Source: Candidatus Poseidoniales archaeon (GTDB lineage: Archaea; Thermoplasmatota; Poseidoniia; Poseidoniales; Poseidoniaceae). From it: a DNA stretch of 64,000 nucleotides. The stretch lies in assembly GCA_003602575.1 (NCBI GenBank), contig QQRY01000018.1, positions 21,632 through 85,631 on the forward strand. Direction: 5' to 3'. Shown here one piece after another: positions 8,886 to 17,900 of the stretch (its first letter is position 1; each line of letters begins with the position of its first letter). The notes under the pieces are model-generated. The model was not told the DNA's origin. It did not search any database and saw only the letters and a program-made list of their open reading frames with translations. A program made the translations under genes and the position numbers.

Positions 8886-9734
8886 ATGGTCGACCTAGTA
8901 TCAATGGTCGCCAGCAGTTTTCCAACAGATAGGCGTACTTACGATAGTGTATTGATGCTATCCAATAGTACTCGAAAGATTAGAATGGTTGCTGAAGTAA
9001 TTCCAAAAGGCATTGAATTCTCGGTTCTATCAAGTCAATCAAGAGTCATAGAATCATTGAATGAAACTAATATTGCAGCAACCATGATTGAAGAGAATCT
9101 TAGTTCAATGGGGCTTTTTATCCTAACTCAATTGCATGATTTAATTCTACAGGCTATTGGTGAAGGACGAATTTCTCGCGGTGAGCGAATCTTGGTTGTA
9201 CTTGCTGAACCTGTTGACGGGGTATTCTCAATTGATACAACCATGCTTAATGCAAATAGATTTGCTAATCTAGCACAAGAGGTGGGTATAGAACTAGAAG
9301 TTCTAACAAAGTCGATGGAACTTGCAAGGCATATTGCAAGTAGAGGTAGAGAAGGTCATTCGATAGGTGCTATTTTTGCGATAGGTCCTTTACCTATTCT
9401 TAGAAAGCATTCCACCGCTATGGTTCTAAATCCATTTAAGGGCCATAATTCCGATAAGCGTAGCATCTTGATTAAAGATAACCATGAGACTTTTGCCGAA
9501 TTTGCATGGCTTGATGGTGCAGTATTTTTCAATAAAGAAGGCATTGCAAGTGATGCTGGAAGATATATTCAAGTTCCATCAGGAATCTCCACTAAATCCG
9601 GCGAGGGCGGTAGACACTTAGCATCTAGGGCAATTTCCCAATTGGGCGAGTGCCTAGCAATATGTGTATCATCATCTGGCAGTATTACTCTTTATGTGAA
9701 TGGTAGAGATAGATACAAAGTAAAGATGATCTAA
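8886..9734 (+). CDS. dacZ: Diadenylate cyclase, archaeal DacZ-like (DisA_N domain)
   Basis: GREG..IGAIF.IG, LNPFKGH, EFAWLDGA (DGA motif), AGRYI and GGRHLA (RHR-like motif); extra N-terminal domain; SD AGGTGA. Confidence 0.8.
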   Translation: MVDLVSMVASSFPTDRRTYDSVLMLSNSTRKIRMVAEVIPKGIEFSVLSSQSRVIESLNETNIAATMIEENLSSMGLFILTQLHDLILQAIGEGRISRGERILVVLAEPVDGVFSIDTTMLNANRFANLAQEVGIELEVLTKSMELARHIASRGREGHSIGAIFAIGPLPILRKHSTAMVLNPFKGHNSDKRSILIKDNHETFAEFAWLDGAVFFNKEGIASDAGRYIQVPSGISTKSGEGGRHLASRAISQLGECLAICVSSSGSITLYVNGRDRYKVKMI

Positions 9735-10280
9735 TCATTCAGATTCGTCGGCAATTAGCTTGTGAGGATTTAATCCAGTTTCAGCAGATTCTAACCGGTG
9801 AGAGACTATTTTAATTTCAATGATTGCAGAATCTAATGATGCAGAATTGAGATTTCTTTTGATACTCTCTTTATTTCTTTTGATTGCAGCAATTCTCTGA
9901 TTCTTATCTTTAGGTCTCATAATATCTCCACGTTGAGACATCAACCACTCTTCTAGTAGAGACTGACCCCATTCGGGAGCCCTGAAGTGGGCGGCGAGAA
10001 TAATTTCAGAATTTCTATGTCTGAATCTAACCTTTCCTTCATTGGTACGAAATACTTGAATTGAACCAGGATTCCAACGCTCTTGCGGAATATGTAAATG
10101 ATTTTGACAGATCAAGTCTCCATCGCTATCAATAATAAAATCAACAATCAGTACACTATTTTTCAGTCTGATGAAAACTTGTGCGAAACTGTCGTCAACG
10201 ACCCATTCTTCAATTGAAACAGGTTCTTGTCTCCATGTATCACCACACCATGAGAGAATAGCAGCTTCGTATGAGACCAT
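9735..10280 (-). CDS. Hypothetical protein
   Basis: 181-aa ORF filling the space between dacZ and the S2P gene; C-terminal coiled-coil-like segment. Confidence 0.65.
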   Translation of the reverse strand: MVSYEAAILSWCGDTWRQEPVSIEEWVVDDSFAQVFIRLKNSVLIVDFIIDSDGDLICQNHLHIPQERWNPGSIQVFRTNEGKVRFRHRNSEIILAAHFRAPEWGQSLLEEWLMSQRGDIMRPKDKNQRIAAIKRNKESIKRNLNSASLDSAIIEIKIVSHRLESAETGLNPHKLIADESE

Positions 10281-10360
10281 GATTTGGCCTCAAGCCCGCC
10301 CCCTTTGAAGTTTGTTCATTATTTGTTAAGGTTGAAAGTAAAGAACCGATTGGACTGGAC

Positions 10361-11818
10361 ATGGCAGCAAGTTGGGGGGCAATCCAAATCGATTGGACTC
10401 TAATTTTTGTTTTGATATTAGTTTGGTACATCTTACTGCGTAATTGGGAAAGAAATGGTGTCCTAGATAAATGGAATGCTACAAGAGTTTTTGGCGTTAT
10501 TCTAATGGTTAGAAGTAATAAGGGACTCAAACTTCTGGATAAAACAGTCAAACCTCGTAAGTTTTGGCGTCTTTATGGAGAGGTTTCACTTTGGGTCTGT
10601 ATATTTTCAATGTTAGTTGTTGGATTACTGATGATTCTAGCATTTATTTCTGCGATAATTTACACTCCTGATACAGACCCACCTTCGGCAAGTGAATTAG
10701 TTGCAATTCCAGGTTTAAACCCAATGATTCCACTTGGTTGGGGTGCTCTATCATTCATTATCGCATTAGTTATTCACGAATTTGGGCATGGCCTACAGGC
10801 TAGAGCACACGGAATGAGGGTTCGCTCTTTTGGATTATTACAACTAGGCCCCTTACCTCTAGGTGCATTTGCAGAACCACAGTATGAGGAACTGATGAAT
10901 GCCCCTCCTAAAGAAAGAATGAGGATGTTTGCAGCTGGCCCAGCAACCAATATTTTTGCCGCCTTCATTTGTTTACTAATCATAGGAGGACTAGCAGGTC
11001 AATTTGTTGCAGGAAATGACAATATCCACGTAAGGGGTATTATCCAAGGTCAAGGTGCAGACGAGGCAGGTATGCAACCATGGGATACTTTGGAATCAAT
11101 CGATGGTAAGCAGATAGATGGTTTAGATGGTTTTTACACCGTGATGGAGGATTATTCTGCTAATGATACAGTGTTAATTTCAGTCTTACACCAAGACGGT
11201 ACTAGAGAAAATGTTAATGCTACTTTTTCAGATAAATATGACTATTACATTGATTTAGGATGGAGTGAATCTAATTTAGAGACATTGAATATTTCCAAAG
11301 GAGATCCATTCTTAGGCATCGAAGGAATTGCTGAAGGTACCAGTGGTATCGATAGAATTGCAGGGCCTCTATCTCCAAGATGGGAAGGTAATATCGTACA
11401 GAAAGCATTGGTTTTACCATTCCATACTCTAGGATTAATGGTAATTCCATTCGAACTCCAAGGTGTTTCTATGCACCCATTTGAAGAGTCATTATTGGAA
11501 GCGGATGACGATGGCTTGGGTTCGATTTTGGGTAAATCCGGATTACTATTTTTGACAAATTTATTCTTTTGGTTAATGTGGGTAAATATTCTACTCGGCT
11601 TCACCAATCTAATTCCAATGGTCCCATTCGATGGCGGTCATTTGTTTAGAGACCTTCTACGTGGAGTTTTGAAAGTATTTAGGAAAGTTGGGAAGAAATT
11701 AAAAATCGGGGATATGAATCCAATGTGGATTGAACATATATCCAGTAAAGCGTCAAGTATTTCTTCTTTAGCACTTTTGGGTATGGTAGTCTTTATTATA
11801 TTCATACCATATTTTTAG
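10361..11818 (+). CDS. Site-2 protease (peptidase M50) with PDZ domain
   Basis: HEFGH zinc motif, AAGPATN, NLIPMVPFDGG; PDZ-like ADEAGMQPWDTLESIDG. Confidence 0.92.
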   Translation: MAASWGAIQIDWTLIFVLILVWYILLRNWERNGVLDKWNATRVFGVILMVRSNKGLKLLDKTVKPRKFWRLYGEVSLWVCIFSMLVVGLLMILAFISAIIYTPDTDPPSASELVAIPGLNPMIPLGWGALSFIIALVIHEFGHGLQARAHGMRVRSFGLLQLGPLPLGAFAEPQYEELMNAPPKERMRMFAAGPATNIFAAFICLLIIGGLAGQFVAGNDNIHVRGIIQGQGADEAGMQPWDTLESIDGKQIDGLDGFYTVMEDYSANDTVLISVLHQDGTRENVNATFSDKYDYYIDLGWSESNLETLNISKGDPFLGIEGIAEGTSGIDRIAGPLSPRWEGNIVQKALVLPFHTLGLMVIPFELQGVSMHPFEESLLEADDDGLGSILGKSGLLFLTNLFFWLMWVNILLGFTNLIPMVPFDGGHLFRDLLRGVLKVFRKVGKKLKIGDMNPMWIEHISSKASSISSLALLGMVVFIIFIPYF

Positions 11819-12493
11819 TTAAACACTTTTTCTTCTTGCTAATTCAGCAAATATATCAACCTGTTTCGGGGGCTTTGAATTTTCATTAAAGTTTAATTTC
11901 CCGTCGTTTTGACTAGGAAAATTAGTTTTATTTCGAGAACTTCTAATCTTTAACTGATTCAAATTGAATTGGTCAACACCGGCTTGGGAACTAACTAAGG
12001 CAATAAAATCATTCAACTTCATACCCTTCTCCCAGTCCATGAATGGTTTACCACCCCTCGTCTTCGGGAATGCAGGGATAAGGGGGGCTAATTTTCTTAA
12101 TTTACCTGATAGAGATTCCGTTTCAACTCTAAAAATTCTCCAAGAATCGCCACGTGTACCTTTCAACCTATATGCATAAAGAGGCATTAGATTACACCTT
12201 TCTCCTTCATAAATCATGGATTCATATTGTTCTTTAGTTCTTCCAGATAGGTAGAATTTAGATTTCTTTGATGATTTAACCTCTATAGGGAAACATAAGT
12301 CTCCCCTCAGTGCTAGCAAATCTCCTGACCCTTCCATACCAGAACCAGCAGCACGTACTACTAGGAATGGGCGTTTAATTATTAGACGCATCTTGCTTTT
12401 CTCTTGTTCATTACACGAACGAATAACGGATTCAACTCCCTTTGGAATTCCGGCAAGAACCTGCCTAAGTTCACGTTCGTATTGGCTACCCAC
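11819..12493 (-). CDS. hjc: Archaeal Holliday junction resolvase Hjc with C-terminal extension
   Basis: GSQYERELR, VVRAAGSG, DLLAL, IEVKS PD-(D/E)xK motifs; GTG start. Confidence 0.85.
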   Translation of the reverse strand: MGSQYERELRQVLAGIPKGVESVIRSCNEQEKSKMRLIIKRPFLVVRAAGSGMEGSGDLLALRGDLCFPIEVKSSKKSKFYLSGRTKEQYESMIYEGERCNLMPLYAYRLKGTRGDSWRIFRVETESLSGKLRKLAPLIPAFPKTRGGKPFMDWEKGMKLNDFIALVSSQAGVDQFNLNQLKIRSSRNKTNFPSQNDGKLNFNENSKPPKQVDIFAELARRKSV

Positions 12494-12615
12494 GCATAGA
12501 CATCAATGTCAAGCGCTTTTGATTACTTCGGTTCAAAGATAATTAAAATTATTCTTTGTTAAGTGTATGAAGTAAGCGGCGATAGGTTTGATGAACATGA
12601 ACTTCTGCAAGGTTC

Positions 12616-13374
12616 ATGGCAAGGTTAGCGATCAGGACTGCTAACTTTCAACTTTCATACAAATTAATCCAGTCATTGAGGTCAAGAAATATTAAATTCG
12701 ATGTTCTAGACGTTTCTGATAAAATAGTTTCTAACGATATAATATGGTTTGCAGAAGGTAGTGAGATAATCGATAATGATTCATTAGGAAAAGCCATCCC
12801 TACAACAATAGAAACAATCGATAGCAGTATAGAATTCGCATTATTGGTATTGAAGGGTTTAGATGAACCAAAGCAACTTGTTTTTGGTATTGACCCAGGG
12901 CCTTATCCTGGTCTATCATGGGTTGCAGATGGAGTCTATATTGGAGTATCTCAATTACAATCAATTGACGAAATCGCTTGGAAGATAAAGTCAGTAGTGG
13001 ATTCTATTTCTGCGCAATCCATTCTAATAAGAATCGGCGATGGAGACCCATTAATTCGCGATAGAATCATCAATATTTGTATTCAAAATAATTGGATTCT
13101 TGAAGTGGTCAATGAAGCTAAAACCTCTAAGGGATTATTGAGGCACAATCATTCGATTTCAGCACTTAGAATTGCTTCTAATAGTGGTGAAAGAATTTGG
13201 GAATTACGAGAGATAAATCCATTGCCTGGTCAGATAAAAGAAATTCAACGTCAAAGTAGGAAGTTTAGCAAAGGGAAATTAACGATTTCTTATGAGCATG
13301 CTGAATTGGTTGCCAAAGGAGAATTGACTTTAGCTGAGGCAATAGAAAATATCACTTATTCTTCTTCTAAGTGA
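12616..13374 (+). CDS. Hypothetical protein with RNase H-like (YqgF/RuvC-like) domain
   Basis: VFGIDPG...G, IRIGDG and VVNExxTS motifs. Confidence 0.6.
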   Translation: MARLAIRTANFQLSYKLIQSLRSRNIKFDVLDVSDKIVSNDIIWFAEGSEIIDNDSLGKAIPTTIETIDSSIEFALLVLKGLDEPKQLVFGIDPGPYPGLSWVADGVYIGVSQLQSIDEIAWKIKSVVDSISAQSILIRIGDGDPLIRDRIINICIQNNWILEVVNEAKTSKGLLRHNHSISALRIASNSGERIWELREINPLPGQIKEIQRQSRKFSKGKLTISYEHAELVAKGELTLAEAIENITYSSSK

Positions 13375-14387
13375 TCAAATAGATCGTACTCAAGTTTTAT
13401 CTGACTTGCTTCTGGAGAGTTTTCAATCACTTTCTTGATGGCCTTTTCCAAGAAAAGTGGAATTAAGAGAATCCCTGCAATAATTGTAATTAAGTAAAAG
13501 AAAGAAGATTCAGGAACAAATTTTGTACCTGGTGATATATCACCACTATCTGTTACTCCAGTGCCACTAACCATCAATTTGACAGAACCGAGCCATGGAA
13601 TCTCTCCACCTGCAACTCCAATAAGCCAATCTGAGCGAACCGGGCCAGCAACTCCAGATTCGCTATGAACTCCAGATGATCCGTTTACTGCTAATCCTCC
13701 TTGGTCTACTGAACATTTATTGTTATCTCCAAGAGTCATAATTCCTGCATGTTTAGGTTGCCAGTCCCACACAACTAGAAATGGTTCTACATTTGCATGA
13801 GCCATTCTCTTACAATCATAATATCCAGCATTAACTCCGTCAAAATGGATAGTAATTCTTTCTTGGTCTGTTACATTCGTTCCAGGCACATTCCAAGTTA
13901 AGATACAAGTTCCTAATTCTCCATCTTGGTCGATAGATTTGGAATCCCAAGTACCTCCATTTGGACAGTGTTTTGTGTTGTTATCACCTTCGTTAGCAGT
14001 CCTATCAGGGGTAATTGTTTGACTTGGTTCAACCCTTAGTATGGCTCGATGAATTATAGGTGTTCCAGCATCTCCATTTTTTTGATAGATAATTACATCG
14101 CCAGCCATTCCGTGCATCTCATACCCAAAAGATGAATCTGTAGAATCAGAACCTTCTGCAAACGTAACAATACTTTCAAATGAATTATCTCTGACTAAAA
14201 TTAAATCTCCAGCATCAATACTTCCAACTTCACCATCGACCTCATGTATCATTGAAGATGACTCGACAACAACAAGAGGTGGCATTGAACCGGTATGTGC
14301 CCACAAACCCAATACTAGAATTGCAATCATTGCTCCAGCTAAAAGAATCTCTCTAAGCAGGTTGCCAAAAGGGCTTGATTGAGTCAA
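13356..14387 (-). CDS. Signal peptidase I, archaeal/Sec11 type (S26)
   Basis: N-terminal TM, PLVVVESSSM (Ser), GDVIIY, PIIHRA (His), TLGDNN, C-terminal TM; TTG start. Confidence 0.85.
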   Translation of the reverse strand: MTQSSPFGNLLREILLAGAMIAILVLGLWAHTGSMPPLVVVESSSMIHEVDGEVGSIDAGDLILVRDNSFESIVTFAEGSDSTDSSFGYEMHGMAGDVIIYQKNGDAGTPIIHRAILRVEPSQTITPDRTANEGDNNTKHCPNGGTWDSKSIDQDGELGTCILTWNVPGTNVTDQERITIHFDGVNAGYYDCKRMAHANVEPFLVVWDWQPKHAGIMTLGDNNKCSVDQGGLAVNGSSGVHSESGVAGPVRSDWLIGVAGGEIPWLGSVKLMVSGTGVTDSGDISPGTKFVPESSFFYLITIIAGILLIPLFLEKAIKKVIENSPEASQIKLEYDLFDHLEEE

Positions 14388-14396
14388 AAAACCGCC

Positions 14397-14783
14397 TCAT
14401 TTCATTTTCTTGAGGCCCTTGCTTTGAAGGAATTCGTTCCATGCTTCAGCATGACCTGCGCCTAGAACTTTAGCCGCTTCATCTCCTTCAGAGCGCCTTC
14501 TTTTTAATTCAGATAATGAATCGATATCTTTCAGTTCGTCTAGTGTTGAGACGTATCCTTTCAACGTCAAGAATTCAGGAGTAATTATCAGTAAAAGGAT
14601 TGAAGAAACCACAGCCATGCCTATTGCAGCACCAGTGTAATCTTGCCAATCGCTATTTTCTTGAAGGAATAAGAGTTGGTACCCACTCGCTAAAAGAAGT
14701 ACTAGAGAAGCGCCAAATGCCGTTGCACTAAGCAATAATTGTCTGCCATGTTGCCGTTCCCACAAATTCGAAATCAAACCCAT
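14397..14783 (-). CDS. Small membrane protein (DUF3198-like, Thermoplasmata)
   Basis: Two TM helices followed by a charged helical tail; immediately upstream of the signal peptidase. Confidence 0.55.
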   Translation of the reverse strand: MGLISNLWERQHGRQLLLSATAFGASLVLLLASGYQLLFLQENSDWQDYTGAAIGMAVVSSILLLIITPEFLTLKGYVSTLDELKDIDSLSELKRRRSEGDEAAKVLGAGHAEAWNEFLQSKGLKKMK

Positions 14784-14915
14784 AATACTCTCCGCCTGTA
14801 TCATCCACATCGGTTTTTATCTTTGACTTCTTTGTTTAGATGTCTAACATCGAGGGGCATACTTGAAATGCGTTGCCACTATCGGATAATATCTACAGTT
14901 AAAGGAGGTGTTACA

Positions 14916-17900
14916 TTGAAGCGCGCATTATTTTTGATAACTTTGTTTTTAGTTTCTATATACGCTCCTTTGGCTTCAAGTTCAATGACTGCAAATCAAT
15001 TCGATGATGGCTCGACATCATTCCAGCATTCATTTACTGCATCAGGTGATGTAAATGCTGGAGAAATTACTATGCCTTATGGAGCAGAAGTTACGGATGC
15101 AACATTCAGATTTAGAGGTGAAGCAAGTCAAACATCTTGGACAAATTTCACTACAAATAGTGATTATGGTGGACAAGGAGATAGTAATGGGTATATTTCA
15201 GGAAATGTACCAAGGCCATTTTCTAGTGGTTACCGCTATTATCTAAACACTCAGAATCAAGGAATGGAATTGCAGGGCAACCCTACTAATGCAGTAAATT
15301 CCCTGTCTAGAGCTACTGATGTTTCTTCAATAGGAAGCGCAGAACACAATGTTTCAGGTCAGTTTGTCGCTTTAAGCGACCAAGGCTATAGTTCACTTTC
15401 AATGAAATATTCTGACTTTTCAGTCTCAAGTAGTACTTCTTGGGGCTACGTAGGAGTAGTCGTCCTTTATGAGGACGAATATATGGTTATGAAGTACAGT
15501 TCTACCTACCCAAGCCAACAACCAACAATTCTCAGGATAAATGCTTCAACAGGCGCATATATTGGGACGGCTAGTTTCAATGCAGGGTCTTGTTCGACCA
15601 CATCATCCAATTCACTGTACTACAACATGTATGATGCTACAGTTTACAATGGTTCGATTTGGACGGTACATTATTCATACTATACAGTCAATAAGTGGTC
15701 TATTGTCGAGACCCCTACATCTCTAACTTGGAATTGTCAACAATCCTGGTATTCCAGTTCTCAAGGATATATTAACGGAGTAGATTTTGATGAAAATACA
15801 GGTAAAATGTATCTTTCCACTTATAGATATCAATCTTCAGACCATTATTTGCATGAAGTCAATCCATCTAACCCTACAATGATTAACGGAACTTGGTCAA
15901 TAGGTTCGGCTGCGGGAATCTCTAGTAGTTATGGTTCAGGATTAATTGTTAACTTGCCGACGGTAATTTACAACGAGTATGATCGCTCGACCTCTGGTTA
16001 TCCTAGTAGACATTATTTCTTTAATTTCAACGGTATATCTCCTACTTTGATGGGTTCTGAAGAGATGAGTAATAGGGGACACTATGGATTGACAGAATCG
16101 GGAGATGGTAAGTTGCTATATGTGTGCCATTACACTAGTTATTGCAGTAGTTCAGCAAGGAAAATCCACAGATCAGGTGATGGTTCACTCGAATTTTCTG
16201 ACCTAACAACAACATCTTCTGAAACCATTTATGGAAGAACTTACACGCTTTCTACTTCAATTGATACTATATTTGTAAAGAGTTTAATTGGACGAATTCC
16301 AAGTGGTACGGATTTAAAATTAGAATTATCAAATGATGGAGGTTCTTCTTGGGTAAATGCATATCCTGGTCAGCAGATTGTATTTCCTCAATTGGGTAAT
16401 ACATTAGACTGGAGAGTCGAAATGACTTCTTCTTCAACTGGGATATCTCCAATAATTGATTCTGTGGGTATTGAATATTTTGCAACCTATCGTACAAGTG
16501 GCTATTTTTATGCTTACCAATATGTCGGTTCGGGAACTTCTTCAACAGTTGCAGCCACTTTAAATTGGACAGGAAATACTCCTTCTGGCACTAACATACA
16601 AGTTAGTTTTGGTGCAGCATCCTCGTCATCCTCTTGTTCTTCTAGTTCAAGTGGAGTAACGACGTGGACAAAAACTGAGCCAGGTGTCACAAAGTCAATT
16701 TCAGGTTCAAGTTACTATCTTTGTGTTAGGATTCAATTAACAACTTCTAATTCAGCAGTAACTCCTTCCATATCTGACTTAAGTATTGCTCAGCATTCTA
16801 ATGCTCCTTCTGAACCAGCGTTGTTGATCGACGGCGTGAAAGTTTGGAGCCGTTCATCCTCTGAGGGTGCACTCGTCGGCACTCAAACCATAACTGCAGA
16901 GAATCCTGCAGACAGTATAATCACTACCTTAAACAATTTAATCCCAGATACTGGCTCTGGCCTAGTTGTTATTCCCATCAATATTTCATCTGAAAGTACG
17001 GGCCTATTAGCATTGGAACAATTTTCGATAACTTACATTATGCGAACTGTCAACCTAGACATAGAAATTACAGAAGGGGGAATCCTTCATCAAAGATTAG
17101 AGCCATATGAAGTAGTTACAAGGCACGTAATTGGAGAAGATGCATCCGAGATGACAAGGGCAACTCTAACCTTCATGACAGAGGTAGGCTCTAATCCTGT
17201 CTTAGAATGGGAAAATGGAGACGTATTTCCTTTGCCAAACGACCCTGATAACTATATCGAACTCGATTCGAGTTCTTGGTCTTCAGAAGTTAATGGAATT
17301 CTAGAAATTCATTGGCGTTTCTCTGTCAATATCGATTTCCCTGAACAAAGCGAGGTACGTTTCAAAGCAGATTGTACTGATAATAGCGGCACAAATGGAT
17401 TTTCACCAGTAGATTTAATCTCCAATGAAGCGCTTTCTGTCAATCATACATACGGCCTTGGATGGTTCAAAGTTAGAGATAATTCAGGATTGGTGGTCAG
17501 TGATGATGTACCAGATAATTCTTGGTTAGCAGGTGGAGAAACAGTGTTTTTCCAAGGCGCAATGTGGTATTTAGGTTCTGAGGACGCACCATTGGACAAT
17601 ATGTTTGATGTGAGAGTTTCACGCGAGGGTTGGGTTGAAAGTACTGCCAGAGACACAATCAACAATAATGGTTCATTTTTCATCCCAATTACAATGCCCA
17701 ATTCAGATAATCCTGATGGATATACTTTTGAAATTCAAACATATAACGAATTTAACCCATCACTTTCTGTTCAACCTAATGATTCCTGGAGAAGAACATT
17801 TAGAGTTGATGCAACAGCTCCTCTAAAAGTAGATACTTCTCCTGCAGACGAAAGTTATGAGGCAGCAAGTTTTGCTCAAGAAGTTACAGTTCTAGTTAAG

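Noticed and set aside
8251..9734. Macro + nucleotide cyclase as an antiphage system (Thoeris/CBASS-like)
   Set aside because: No TIR, SIR2, CD-NTase or TM effector; the DAC looks like housekeeping DacZ in a core-gene context.
14739..14915. N-terminal extension of the 1753-aa ORF as given in the ORF track
   Set aside because: Overlaps the divergent gene; a strong SD (GGAGGTG) and signal peptide support TTG 14916 as the start.
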